A DNA stretch of 64,000 nt from Vulcanimicrobiota bacterium (lineage in GTDB: Bacteria; Vulcanimicrobiota; Vulcanimicrobiia; Vulcanimicrobiales; Vulcanimicrobiaceae). Each line of letters starts with the position of its first letter. Within the stretch, counting starts at the first letter, position 1. Shown here one piece after another: positions 30,267-42,644 of this stretch. The notes below the pieces were generated by a model. The model ran no database searches. It was not told the DNA's origin and saw nothing but the letters and a program-made list of their open reading frames with translations. The stretch lies in NCBI GenBank assembly GCA_963777315.1, contig CAVZQC010000004.1, positions 544,001 through 608,000 on the forward strand. The letters are read 5' to 3'. The position numbers were made by a program, and so were the translations under genes.

Positions 30267-30296
30267 AGTATAACGCGGCCGTACCTATTCCTTCAG
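30267..30296 (-). promoter_or_regulatory. Putative sigma70 promoter for the tRNA-Leu, tRNA-Gly, tig run
   Basis: -10 TATACT at 30267-30272 and weak -35 CTGAAG, 18-bp spacer. Confidence 0.4.
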
Positions 30297-30314
30297 CGTT
30301 ACGAGGGCTTTGTT

Positions 30315-30764
30315 TCAGTCCGAGAAGTCTTCGACGAACAGCAGCTCACCGGCTGCAGTCACGCTCACGGCGATGCCGACGCGGCGGTAGTTGGGAGAAA
30401 GGATGTTCTCCCTATGCGGCGGGCTCCTAAAGAGCGCCCAATCTGCGATGCGTTCGTCCGGCGCCATAGCGATGTTTTCGCCGGCGTAACGATAGTCGCA
30501 CCCGGCTTGGCGCAAACGGTCGAAGGGTGAATTGCCCTCGGGTGATTCGTGCGCGAAGTAGTTGCGGCGCGCCATGTCGGCCACGTGCACGATCGCGGCG
30601 CGGTCCAAGCGCCGGTCCAGGGCGAGCGCGCCCAAGCCGTGGCGGCGACGCGCGCGGTTGAGATCGCGGTAGAGCGCGGTGGCAGCCCCGGCCGCTATCG
30701 TATGCAGTTCGTTTGCCGCAGGCGAACGGAACGCCAGAGCGGCCATGAGTAATGCGTGAACCAT
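30315..30764 (-). CDS. CAP (SCP-like) domain protein
   Basis: LNRAR, H..DM...YFAHESP, AGENIA, SPPHRENIL. Confidence 0.9.
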   Translation of the reverse strand: MVHALLMAALAFRSPAANELHTIAAGAATALYRDLNRARRRHGLGALALDRRLDRAAIVHVADMARRNYFAHESPEGNSPFDRLRQAGCDYRYAGENIAMAPDERIADWALFRSPPHRENILSPNYRRVGIAVSVTAAGELLFVEDFSD

Positions 30765-30841
30765 CGGTATCGTGACCTATCACAAATGATAGCCACTCAA
30801 GCCGAATATTCAACCCCTGTAACGTTGACGAAAAGACGATA

Positions 30842-33800
30842 TTAAGCTAAAGGCTTCAAACTTCCATCAGCTTCACGCAGCGCCTGACTCCACGCCATAG
30901 CCCGGGCGCCGGACATCTGGCTCGCGGCGGCTTCCGAGCCGACTGCGCTCCGGGCCTCACGCACGACGTTCTCGTAATCGAGCTGATCGGGGGGCTGGCG
31001 CGGCACGCCGATGCTCTCCAGCACCCCGTCGGCAAAGCCCGCCAGGCGCAGGGCGCGTCCCCAGTCCTTTTCTACGAGGGCCAAGCGCGACAGGCAGTCC
31101 AAGCAGTTCGCGCTCAGCCAGTCGTCCTGATATTCCCGCACCAGTTCCAGCGCCCGCCGCAGCGCCGGCCGCGCTGCTTCGACGTTGCCGCGCTTGAGCT
31201 CGAACGCTCCCAGGTTGAGCAGCTGCCATCCCGTCGACTGCGCATCGTGGAGCCGCTCGAGAATGGCCAGGCTTTGCCGGCTCAGCGCGACCGCGCGATC
31301 GTAGTCGCCCACCGTCGCCGCCAGATCGCCCAGATTGCCCAGCAACGACGCGACACCGCGGTCGTCTTCCAGCTGCCGAAACAGCGCCAAACTGTGCTCG
31401 AGCATTTCGCGCGCGCGCGTCCAGTGGCCGCGCCAGTTTTCCGCGAGAGCCTGCCCGTTTATTACGTCGGCCATGCGCCGCACGTCGCCGGTACGCTGCG
31501 CGATCTCCAGCGCCTCGGCCAGCCACGGATCGGCGCGGTCGATGTCGCCGATGCCCGACGATGCGGCCGCGGCCTCGAACAGAGCCGCCGACAAGCCCCG
31601 CTCGTCGCCGAGCTCGCGATACAGCTGCACCGACTGCAATGCCGCATCCAACGCGCGCTTGGAACGGGCAGTGTCGAGCCGCGCCCAGCTGCACAGCAGT
31701 TTCGCGCGCAGCAGTTTCGAAAAATTGGCGTCCTCCCGCGCGAGCAGCTCTTCGATCCACTCTCGACCGGCGGTGTTTCTTCCGAGCTGCTGCCAGTAGT
31801 TGACCAAATCGCAGGTGAGTTCGGCTCCCAGCCGCAGGTCGTATCCCTGCGTAACCGTGAAGCGCAGCGCCGCGCGCAAGTTGTCGAGCTCGAACAGCAT
31901 GGACGTGAGCGCCGGCCGCCACTCGCGCGTGGAATACGCCGCTTCGAGCGCCTGTGCGCGCCTGGCGAAATACCGGGCGTGGAGCAGCGCGTCCCCTTCC
32001 CATTCACCTTCTTCCTTGAGGCGCTCCAGCGCAAAGGCGCGCGTCGAAGCGGGCACCACGTACCGTTCACCCGCGGCCGTGACTTCCGGCGTCACCAGCG
32101 CTTTGTCGACCAGCGACGTCAGCGCAGACGTCGCAGGGCATACGGCAGCGATCGCTTGGGCGCAAGCGCCTCCGGCAAACACGGAAAGCGCGCGCAGCAG
32201 CCTCTGCTCCTGCGGCGAAAGCACGTTGTCAGCTCCACTCTACGAACCCGTGCGTCGCTTCGCGTCCCAACGCGTCTCGGTCGGGAAGACGCCTTGCCAG
32301 ATCGTCCAGATCGAAGGTATGCAGCTGCGCGGCCGCGAGCTGAATCGCACGCGGCAAACCGTCCAACTGACGGCAAATCTGCGCGACGTTCTCGCCGTCG
32401 GCCTTGCGCGAATCGATGCCGACGAGCGCAGCGGCGCACTCCAAAAACAGGGCAGCAGCGTCTTCCTGCGAGAGCGGCGGCAATACGTAGGCCGCTTCGC
32501 CCGGAACGAGCAGCGGCTCGCGGCACGTGAGCAGCACGCACACTCCGCGCGGTTGTATGCTCAGCGAACGCAGGTACGCGCCGGCGAACTCTTTCACGCC
32601 GTCGCAGTTGTCCAAAACGATCAACAGCTGTTTTGAATGCAGAAAATCGGCGACGATCGTTTCGGGCGTCATCACGGGCGTTTCGGGAACGCCCAAAACC
32701 GCGGCGATTCTGCTGCAGAGATACCGCTCGTCCACGATGGTGGAGCAGTCCACGTAAAACACGCCGTCGCGGAAACGCCCCATTTCACGGCGCGCCAGTT
32801 CGACGGCTTCGCGCGATTTGCCGATGCCCGCCGGGCCAGCTATCGTCAGCAGGCGCGAACAGCGCAGCAGCTTGCGCAGTTGCTGTAAGTCGTCGCCGCG
32901 CCCGAACGTTCGTCCGCGCGTTTCCGGCAGATTGTGCCGGTAGGCCTTGGCCGGATACGCGGGCGGCGCATCGGAGCGGTAATTTTCGCCCGCGACGCGG
33001 TTTCGGCCCGAACGCTTTGCCTGATACAGCGCGACGTCCGCAGCGTTGACCAGCAATTGCGCATCGGTGCCGCGCGCCGGTATTTTGTGTGCGACTCCCG
33101 CGCTGATCGTCAAACGCCCCAGCAGCGATCCGCTGTGCGCGATGCCGAGATCGAATACGGCTTCGCGCATCCGCTCGGCGATCGTCAACGCGCCCCCGAG
33201 CTCCGTGTCGGGCAGCACCGCAACGAATTCCTCGCCTCCGTAACGCGCGAACAGATCCTCGGACCGCGCCAAGCATGCCGAAAGGGCATTGGCGACTTGC
33301 TGAAGCGCTGCATCGCCGGCAACGTGCCCGTAAGTGTCGTTGAACGGCTTGAAAAAATCGATGTCGATCAGCAGCAAGGCAAGGCCGGTTCCGCGGCGCA
33401 CCGCCCGCTGCCATTCGATCGCAAAACGTTGATGAAAGGAGCGGCGGTTGGCCACGCCCGTCAAGCTGTCCGTGGAAGCGATATTTTCCAGCCGGGCGCT
33501 TTGCGTTTCGAGCTGCGCTTGGTGGATGCGCACGCTCAGGTACAGCGCGCAGGTCTGCAGCAGCGCGACGTCTTCTTCGTTGTACGCATTGCTCTGGTTG
33601 CTTTGCACGGACAGAACGCCGATGACGCTCGTGCCGAACTTGAGCGGAACGAAGATCGCGGAGATCCGCTCGTCGTCGTCCGTGCTCCACGGCAGGTTGA
33701 GGGCGATGCGGCCTTCGGTCCAGTCGTCCATCCGCCGCTTGAGGACGGGCAGTCCGGTGCGCAGCACGTTGTCCGTGCTCGAGCCGGGATGGACGCGCCG

Positions 33801-34040
33801 TTTTTCCATTCGCGCGACGACGCCGTTCTGCAGCAGAAACGCAAAACGCGCGCCTTCGTTGTCCTTGAGCGCGATGAACACCGAAGACGCATCGACGAAT
33901 CGCGCCAATAGCGAACAGAGCGCGTGGAAGAGGTCTTCCAGCGATAAGCCGCTCGTGAGCAGCTCGGCAGTTCTTTGGACGACTTCCTTGTCGCGGTCCG
34001 CCCGCGATAGGCTCAGCGTTTGCCTGTTCGCGTCGTTCAC
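30842..34040 (-). CDS. GAF-GGDEF-STAND(NB-ARC-like) ATPase-TPR protein, split by a +1 insertion at 32230
   Basis: GAF (VPLK..VIGVLSVQS), RSED..GGEEF, HNLP, Walker A GPAGIGKS, Walker B LLIVLDN, LDGLP, TPR-like helices. Removing one base turns EWS* into EWSYNVLSPQEQRLLRALSVFAGG. Confidence 0.85.
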
Positions 34041-34269
34041 AGGCCCAATCTTCGCGCCGCTAACCTGCTTCCCCGCGAACTTTACCGAAACCGAACCTAG
34101 CTGCAGACCTTGCGCATCGGAAGGACTATTCCCGACGCGCGACTGATGGCCGTAGTGTCGTTGCTCATACTTGAGCTTAGCAAAGGGCTGACGGCTTACT
34201 CGTGGGCGCCTGCGGGCGAACTGACCAAGCCGCCGGGCCGTTACGGCCGGCACGAAAGGCAGGTTCTCA

Positions 34270-34761
34270 GTGAAAAAACTCGTGGCTCCGTTGATTCTAG
34301 CCGCCGCTTTAGCTGCACCAGCCGGCGCGCAGCCGAACACAGGCATGCAGGCCATGCAGTATTACGTCGGCACGTGGACTTGCGTGGCCGGCGTCGTCGG
34401 ACGTCCAACGGTGAAAGGTACGCAAACGTTTGCCCTCGACTCGGGCGTCATGCGCTCGTGGGTCTCCGTCCCGGCCCAAGGAAAGATGAAGCCTTTCGCG
34501 TTCAGCAATGCAACGACGTACGATGCGAAGAATCGTCGCTATGTCCAAACTTCTCTCGACAACGACGCCAGCTGGAGCGTCTCGTTTGCCAAGCCGTGGA
34601 CCGGCAACACCGAACAATGGACCGATCACGCTTCCGACAGCGGCAAGCTCACCCGCGGTCAAAACGTCCGCAACAATAGGAATACCTATACATTTTTCGG
34701 ATATCCGACGCTGACTGCAACGAAACCGTACTTTAAGGCGACGTGCAAACGCTCGTCCTAG
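34270..34761 (+). CDS. Secreted hypothetical protein, beta-rich (possibly DUF1579-like)
   Basis: Signal peptide MKKLVAPLILAAALAAPAGA; YYVGTWTC. Confidence 0.75.
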   Translation: MKKLVAPLILAAALAAPAGAQPNTGMQAMQYYVGTWTCVAGVVGRPTVKGTQTFALDSGVMRSWVSVPAQGKMKPFAFSNATTYDAKNRRYVQTSLDNDASWSVSFAKPWTGNTEQWTDHASDSGKLTRGQNVRNNRNTYTFFGYPTLTATKPYFKATCKRSS

Positions 34762-34780
34762 AGTGTCACGAAAAAAAGTC

Positions 34781-34852
<72 letters not shown>

Positions 34853-34859
34853 GAACACG

Positions 34860-34932
34860 TGCGCCCCCCGGGACTCGAACCCGGGACCAACGGATTAAAA
34901 GTCCGCTGCTCTACCGACTGAGCTAGAGGCGC
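34860..34932 (-). tRNA. tRNA-Lys(TTT)
   Basis: GCGCCTCTAGCTCAGTCGGTAGAGC..CTTTTAA..GGTTCGAGTCC. Confidence 0.96.
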
Positions 34933-35010
34933 ATCCCGGTGGCCTAGCCCGCTATACCCACTTTGACAACCGCCGGCGAGTTCTTGTTTCAGCCCATGCG
35001 CAACGGAATG

Positions 35011-35085
35011 GGTGGCTGAGGGGCTACAATCCCCCGACCTCTAGAGTCACAGTCTAGCGCTCTAACCAGCTGAGCTACAGCCACC
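35011..35085 (-). tRNA. tRNA-His(GTG) with G-1:C73 and a non-canonical T-loop
   Basis: Acceptor GTGGCTG/CAGCCAC, intact D arm, CTAGA-CTGTGAC-TCTAG, T arm GGGGG-ATTGTAG-CCCCT. Confidence 0.85.
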
Positions 35086-35114
35086 ACGCGCGTTGCGGTT
35101 CGCTTCCGGACATG

Positions 35115-35187
<73 letters not shown>

Positions 35188-35239
35188 GCACCCCGCTAGG
35201 ATACCATGGCTGCGCCAGAGAGCCCGGAGAAGGGGAACG

Positions 35240-35313
35240 TCGGGGCGACTGGACTCGAACCAGCGACCTCTGCGTCCCAAACGCAGCGCTCTACCAAGCT
35301 GAGCTACGCCCCG
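35240..35313 (-). tRNA. tRNA-Pro(TGG)
   Basis: CGGGGCGTAGCTCAGCTTGGTAGAGC..CTGCG-TTTGGGA-CGCAG..GGTTCGAGTCC. Confidence 0.96.
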
Positions 35314-35325
35314 TCGGCGCGTTGT

Positions 35326-36186
35326 TTAGAACAGCAATCCGTGGAACCCTACGTACCGCGAAAGATCCAGCATGCCGGCATCGCTTGCGAACATGCCGAG
35401 CGTTTCGATCTTCAGTTGGGCGCGCAGGGCAGCGCGCATGACGCGAACGTTCGTCGCCGGCACCAGTGCCGTGCACCAGGTCGCCTCGAACGTGCGGGCC
35501 AGCGTCGCCAGCGCAAACGCAAAGAACTGAACGACGTAGGTTTGCGAAGCGGCAGCGAGCGGACCGATTCGGCCGCTGGGCCAGGCGTACGCGTATCCGG
35601 CAAGTTCCTCGTCGCGGCGAAAGATTACGCCGCGTCCGTTTTCACAAAAATAAGCATGATCCAGCGGCCGTGCCGATCCGCGCACTTCGCGATCGAGTCC
35701 GGCCAGCGCCGCGCGATGGCGCAGCGGTTCGATCGGCTCGGTGATGAACCGGTATTCGCCTGCGGCCATGCGCGCGAGTTCGTTTTCGTGCGGAATCGTT
35801 CCGGCGATCTGAGCGACCGGCGTCTGCACGGGAACGCTTCGCTGCAGATAAAACGCAACGCTTCCCAGTTCGCCGGATTGCAGCAGTCCGGTGCGCGAAA
35901 CGTCTCCGGCATCCTTGGCCACCTCCTCGAGCAGCCTGCCGCCGATGCCTTGCGCGCGAAACGACGGTTCGACGTACAGCTCGCTGAGAAACCATTCGTC
36001 TTCGAGCGCATGCGCAAAGCCGATGCCGATCGGCGTGCCCGAATCTTTCGCGACGTATGCACCGCGCGGGGCAGTCTGCGCGAGATCGACGTACAGTTTT
36101 CGCGCGTGTTCGTCGCGGCAGCGGGTGCGCGCGAAATGCGCAATGTCGTCCGTCGTTGCGGCAGCGATGAGCTGCGCATCACCCAC
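35326..36186 (-). CDS. GNAT family N-acetyltransferase, two-domain
   Basis: LSELYVEPSFRAQGIGGRLL motif A; GRIGPLAA in the second domain. Confidence 0.85.
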   Translation of the reverse strand: MGDAQLIAAATTDDIAHFARTRCRDEHARKLYVDLAQTAPRGAYVAKDSGTPIGIGFAHALEDEWFLSELYVEPSFRAQGIGGRLLEEVAKDAGDVSRTGLLQSGELGSVAFYLQRSVPVQTPVAQIAGTIPHENELARMAAGEYRFITEPIEPLRHRAALAGLDREVRGSARPLDHAYFCENGRGVIFRRDEELAGYAYAWPSGRIGPLAAASQTYVVQFFAFALATLARTFEATWCTALVPATNVRVMRAALRAQLKIETLGMFASDAGMLDLSRYVGFHGLLF

Positions 36187-36787
36187 GAACTGCGGGGTGC
36201 TCGCGCAGCGAAGAGAGCAGCGAGTCTGCGGCGCGGCGCCGGTGGCTCACCCCGTTTTTCTCCGAATCGTCGAGCTGCGCGAACGTCTTGCCGGCCGGCG
36301 GATACCAAAACAGCGGATCGTAGCCGAAGCCGAGGCTTCCCGACTCCTCGCCCGAAACGACGCCTTCAACCTCGCCGTAGCCGGCCAACGATTCGCCCGT
36401 TTCCAATATGAGGACCATTGCGCAGCAAAACTTGGCGGCGCGTTGGTCCGGCGGCACGTTCGCAAGCTCTTCCAGCAGTTTTTCACGCCGAACGGGCCAC
36501 GTGGCGTCCTCGCCGGCATAACGCGCGGAACGCACGCCCGGGCGTCCCCCCAGCGCGGACACCTCCAATCCCGAATCGTCGGCGAGTACGGCGCCGTGGA
36601 CGGCGGCCTCGCGCAGCTGCTGGTGCAGCGCTTGTGCTTTGGATTGCGCGTTGCCCGCGTACGTGTCGGCAGGCTCGGGCGCCTGCGCGTACAGCGGATA
36701 CGTGTCCAGCTCCAGCGGCGAACCGGCGAATATTTCCTTCAGCTCGCTCAGTTTGCCCAGGTTCTTGGTCGCAACGTACGTTTTCAC
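36179..36787 (-). CDS. rdgB: Non-canonical purine NTP pyrophosphatase (RdgB/HAM1)
   Basis: ATKNLGK, ADDSGL, PGVRSARYAG, GFGYDP, KN.VSHR. Confidence 0.95.
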   Translation of the reverse strand: MKTYVATKNLGKLSELKEIFAGSPLELDTYPLYAQAPEPADTYAGNAQSKAQALHQQLREAAVHGAVLADDSGLEVSALGGRPGVRSARYAGEDATWPVRREKLLEELANVPPDQRAAKFCCAMVLILETGESLAGYGEVEGVVSGEESGSLGFGYDPLFWYPPAGKTFAQLDDSEKNGVSHRRRAADSLLSSLREHPAVRG

Positions 36788-36789
36788 GA

Positions 36790-38613
<1,824 letters not shown>

Positions 38614-38895
38614 TTAAAAGAGTATGCAGCGGGCGGCGAGCGGCGCGATGACCATGGCGCGAATGACCCACAGGATCGCCAGCACGATCAAAAACGACCA
38701 GTCGATTCCCATTGCGGGCGGAACGATGCGCCGCACCGGCGCGAGCACCGGCTCGACGATCATCTCCAGATACCGGCTCCATCGCCCGCGCAAATCCGGC
38801 ACCCAAGACAAGACGGCGTACACGAACATGATGATCGTGTACAGCCAGATCACCTTGTCGACGGCCGAGAGAAATTGACACAACGCAGCGCTCAC
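38614..38895 (-). CDS. YggT family membrane protein
   Basis: LSW.P..EPVLAPVRRIVPP..GIDWS. Confidence 0.88.
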   Translation of the reverse strand: MSAALCQFLSAVDKVIWLYTIIMFVYAVLSWVPDLRGRWSRYLEMIVEPVLAPVRRIVPPAMGIDWSFLIVLAILWVIRAMVIAPLAARCILF

Positions 38896-38907
38896 GCGCT
38901 TACCGTT

Positions 38908-39795
38908 CTATGGCAGGGCCGCTAAAACTTTTGCGGGTACGCCGTCCAGATATGGCTGCGGATCCACGGCGCTGCCGTTGAGCATGACTTGGTAATGCAG
39001 GTGCGGACCGGTCGAAAAACCCGTCGAACCCACGAGCCCGATCTCTTGACCTTTGTGAACGAGCTGTCCGGGCTGCACTTCGGCCTTCGAGAGGTGCGCG
39101 TACCACGTATGATAACCGTTGCCGTGATCGATGTCGATTTTCAAACCGTATCCGCCGTCCCAATCGGCAGCGGCCACCCGTCCGGCCGCAGCGGCATGTA
39201 CCGGATCGCCATAGTTCGCGCCGAGATCGACGCCGGGATGAAATTCGCTGTCGGGCGACGAGCGATAGCAAAAGCAGCCGATCACCGGCGCGCCGCGAAC
39301 GGGATCGATCGAGGGAATGGCGGCCAATGCTTGCGCACGCGCCAACTCTTGAATGTGCCGCACGTTGAGCACGTGCATGGTCAGGCGGCGCAGCACGTTC
39401 GATTCCGCTGCCGTTTGATTCGTCGCGACCTGCAGCGCGCTGATGCCGTGGCGAACGTCGGAAGTCTTCTGGACCGGCGCGCGAACGCCGATCAACTGTT
39501 GAATCTGCTGGTTTTGCCGCTGCACGCGCTGGAGCTGCGCGCGAATTCCCGAAGTCGTGCGGCCGATTCGCTGCAGTTCGGCGCGCTGGCGGGAGTCTAC
39601 GGACTGCAGGCGGCTTACCTGTCCGTGAGCGCGTTCGAGTTGCGCCGCACCTACTGCTACGCACGCGCCCAGGAGCGTGGCGAACAGCAGTACGGCGCCG
39701 ACGATGTGCCGGCGGGTCAGTTCGAAGCGGTGGACGACCTTGCCGTGGTGCGGCACGATCTTGATAACGTAGCGATCTGTCAGCCTAATCATCAC
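38908..39795 (-). CDS. M23 family metallopeptidase with TM helix and coiled coil
   Basis: HPGVD, YAHL, GSTGFSTGPHLHY. Confidence 0.92.
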   Translation of the reverse strand: MMIRLTDRYVIKIVPHHGKVVHRFELTRRHIVGAVLLFATLLGACVAVGAAQLERAHGQVSRLQSVDSRQRAELQRIGRTTSGIRAQLQRVQRQNQQIQQLIGVRAPVQKTSDVRHGISALQVATNQTAAESNVLRRLTMHVLNVRHIQELARAQALAAIPSIDPVRGAPVIGCFCYRSSPDSEFHPGVDLGANYGDPVHAAAAGRVAAADWDGGYGLKIDIDHGNGYHTWYAHLSKAEVQPGQLVHKGQEIGLVGSTGFSTGPHLHYQVMLNGSAVDPQPYLDGVPAKVLAALP

Positions 39796-39915
39796 TCATA
39801 GCAGGCCGGTTGTTCGGCCTCTCGCTTTAGCGGTTGGGCAGGCGCGTCGAATTCGCGTAAAGGCGTACGCGCCCTTTTCGGTCTGCGGGCAAGCAGCGAC
39901 GGATAAGACCACGAC

Positions 39916-40017
39916 GAGGACCAGGTAGTGCCCGGCACCCGTGAGGATTCGCTTACCGTTGCTTCCTTCCGGACCTGGCGGGGTTCACGAGGTCACGCCG
40001 CGAGCAGCCCGACCCCC
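39916..40017 (-). ncRNA. ffs: Signal recognition particle RNA (small, 4.5S type)
   Basis: Minus strand carries CCGCCAGGTCCGGAAGGAAGCAACGG (domain IV); ends GGGGGTCGGG and CCTGGTCCTC pair into a rod. Confidence 0.93.
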
Positions 40018-40032
40018 GTCATGGCCGCAAGC

Positions 40033-40041
40033 ATGATACCA
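40033..40041 (-). promoter_or_regulatory. Extended -10 promoter for ffs
   Basis: TGgTATCAT just upstream of the SRP RNA. Confidence 0.5.
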
Positions 40042-40101
40042 CGCGACAAAGGAGGCCGCCAGTACGTTTTCCAACAGCAGCAATCCCTTGCGGAGGTATT
40101 C

Positions 40102-42174
40102 GTGATCCGTTTTCGTGCTGTTCTCATGGCCGTCGCGTTCACCTGTGCATGGGCTGCCGCCCGCCCGGCTGCGCAGGCGCAATCGAACGCTCCGATGCCT
40201 GCCGTCAATTGGAACCTGAGCGCGCAGCAAATTCAAAGCTCGTGCGACGCCGCGATCGCCCGCGCGCTGGGCCGCGAGCGCGCGCTCGTAACGAACGCAG
40301 GCGTCAAGACCTTCGGTTCCGTCGTCCGCCCGCTCGAAGATCTCACCGCCGATTTGAACGACCTGACCGTCGCCCAAACGTTTCTGTTTTACGTCGCGGC
40401 GACCAAAGACGTGCGCGACGCTTCCCTGAAATGCAACAGCGACGAATCGGCGTTCTATACCGATCTGTCGGCCAGCCCCGCCCTGTACGCGCAAGTAGCG
40501 AAAGCTTCGCGCAGCCGGACCGCGCGTAACGTGTACGACCGCAAACTGACGGACCTGTGGCTTGACACGTTCCGCCGCAGCGGCGCAGGTTTACCCTCCG
40601 CCCGGCGAGTGCAATTCGTCAAATTGAGCAAGCAGCTCACGGATTTGCAAAACGCGTATCAAGCCAATCTGGGCAACGACGCAACGACGATATCGATAAC
40701 GCCTGCCCAAGCCGCATCGCTGCCGGCCGATTTCGTCGCAGGACTCAAACGCAGCGGTTCCGATTACACGGTGCCCGTCAACGAAAGCACGGCCAGTCTG
40801 TTTCTGGACAACGAGCGAGACGGTACGGCGCGCAAAGTCTACTACGTTGCCTACCAGAACCGCCAGGCGGCTGCGAACACCGATCTGCTCGAGCAGGCCA
40901 TTGCGGTGCGCGATCATCTCGCGCATCTGCTCGGCTACCAGACTTGGGCCGCATACCAGCTCTCGGACCGGATGGCAAAGACGCCGCAGCGCGTGCTGTC
41001 GTTTTTGAACGACCTGGATGCCAATCTGCTGCCCAAGGCACGCGAAGACGTCGCCCGTCTCACCGCGATCAAAGCCAAAGACACCGGCGATTCGGCCGCC
41101 GTGCTGCAGCCCTGGGATTTTGCGTACTACGACAACGAGCTTCGCAAAACGCAATACGCCGTCGATCAGAACCAAGTGCGGCAGTATTTCCCCGTGCAGC
41201 ACACGATCGATGCGGTTCTCAACGTCTACCATACGTTGCTGAGCGTGGATTTCAAACCGGTCGTTCCGGCCGACGCCTGGAACCCGCAAGTGCTCGAATA
41301 TTCGGTGAGCGATTCGCGCACCGGCCGGTTCATCGGCCTGACGTATTTCGATCTCTATCCGCGTCCCGGTAAATACGATCACTTCGCGAATTTTCCGATC
41401 CTGCCCGTGCGCAGGCTTGCCGATGGGACGCTGCGTGCTCCCATGGCCGCAATCGTGGGAAATTGGCCCAAGCCCTCGCCGGGAAATCCTGCGCTGCTCA
41501 GCCACGACGACGTCGTCACGTTTTTCCACGAGTTCGGGCACGACATGGCCGCGCTGCTGGGCACCGCGCCGTACGAAACGCTTTCCAGCGGCTTCGTGCA
41601 AGATTTCGTGGAAGCGCCTTCCCAGATGCTCGAAAATTTCGTGTGGCAGCCGTCGATCCTCAAGCAAATCAGTTCCAACTGGAAAACGGGCGCGCCGCTG
41701 CCCGACGATCTGATCGACGCGATGGTACGCGCGCGATACGTTGACCAAGCGTATGAAACGACGCAGCAGATCAAAGACGCCGAAATCGACATGAAGTATC
41801 ACATGAGCGGTCCGCACGTCGACACGACCGCGGTGTGGGCGGCTCTCTCACGCGAGCTGACTCCCATGTCCGCCGTTGCCGGAACGCACCCGCAAGCCAG
41901 CTTCGGGCACCTGATGGGCGGTTACGATGCCGGCTATTATGGATATCTGTGGTCGCTGGTATACGCGCAGGATCTCTTCACCGCATTCAAGAGCGGCGGC
42001 CTGGAGAATCCGCAGGTCGGCATGCGTTACCGGCGCGACATCCTCGAGCCCGCTCGAACGTACGATCCGGACGTGGAGGTGCAGCGCTTCTTAGGCCGTG
42101 CAATGAGCCCGAATGCGTTCTACGAGCAGTTCGGAATCACGCCCAAACCCCAGTCGTCGGGCACGCGGCCGTGA
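40102..42174 (+). CDS. Secreted M3 family metallopeptidase (thimet oligopeptidase-like)
   Basis: GGAGG SD, GTG start, signal peptide, DLYPRPGK, FHEFGH, DFVEAPSQMLE, GYYGYLWS. Confidence 0.93.
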   Translation: MIRFRAVLMAVAFTCAWAAARPAAQAQSNAPMPAVNWNLSAQQIQSSCDAAIARALGRERALVTNAGVKTFGSVVRPLEDLTADLNDLTVAQTFLFYVAATKDVRDASLKCNSDESAFYTDLSASPALYAQVAKASRSRTARNVYDRKLTDLWLDTFRRSGAGLPSARRVQFVKLSKQLTDLQNAYQANLGNDATTISITPAQAASLPADFVAGLKRSGSDYTVPVNESTASLFLDNERDGTARKVYYVAYQNRQAAANTDLLEQAIAVRDHLAHLLGYQTWAAYQLSDRMAKTPQRVLSFLNDLDANLLPKAREDVARLTAIKAKDTGDSAAVLQPWDFAYYDNELRKTQYAVDQNQVRQYFPVQHTIDAVLNVYHTLLSVDFKPVVPADAWNPQVLEYSVSDSRTGRFIGLTYFDLYPRPGKYDHFANFPILPVRRLADGTLRAPMAAIVGNWPKPSPGNPALLSHDDVVTFFHEFGHDMAALLGTAPYETLSSGFVQDFVEAPSQMLENFVWQPSILKQISSNWKTGAPLPDDLIDAMVRARYVDQAYETTQQIKDAEIDMKYHMSGPHVDTTAVWAALSRELTPMSAVAGTHPQASFGHLMGGYDAGYYGYLWSLVYAQDLFTAFKSGGLENPQVGMRYRRDILEPARTYDPDVEVQRFLGRAMSPNAFYEQFGITPKPQSSGTRP

Positions 42175-42641
42175 TTGGCACCGCTGCGTTCGTGCTGGCG
42201 TCGGCGACGTTCAAACCCGGCGCGCGCATGCCGCAGTCAACAGTGTACGCGCGCTGCGGCGGATCGAACGTTTCCCCGCAGCTGCGCTGGCGCGGCGTAC
42301 CGGCGGGTACGCGCAGCTTCGCCCTCATCGTGCACGATCCCGACGCGCCCGCGCCGGGCGGGTGGTACCATTGGGTCGCCTACAACGTTCCGGCTTCGAC
42401 TCGCGAGTTGCCCGCGGGCGTCACACTGAACGCGGAAGAATTGGGACGAACGTCGTTCGACGAAAATCGATACGGCGGCCCGTGTCCGCCACCGGGAAAG
42501 CCGCACCGGTACGTATTCACGCTCTACGCGCTCGACGTTGCGCGCGTGCGAGGCGAGGATTTGAGCGGACCACAGCTGCAGGCTGCAATCGCGCGTCACA
42601 CGCTCGCCCGCGCACGCCTGATCGGATTGTACGGCCGCTGA
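42171..42641 (+). CDS. YbhB/YbcL family (PEBP) protein
   Basis: NVSPQL.W, HDPDAP, HW, YGGPCPP, HRYVFTLYALD; GTGA overlap. Confidence 0.92.
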   Translation: MIGTAAFVLASATFKPGARMPQSTVYARCGGSNVSPQLRWRGVPAGTRSFALIVHDPDAPAPGGWYHWVAYNVPASTRELPAGVTLNAEELGRTSFDENRYGGPCPPPGKPHRYVFTLYALDVARVRGEDLSGPQLQAAIARHTLARARLIGLYGR

Positions 42642-42644
42642 ACG

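Noticed and set aside
30765..34780. Integrative element at the tRNA-Lys or tRNA-Leu/Gly 3' ends
   Set aside because: No integrase and no duplicated tRNA 3' end (att site) seen
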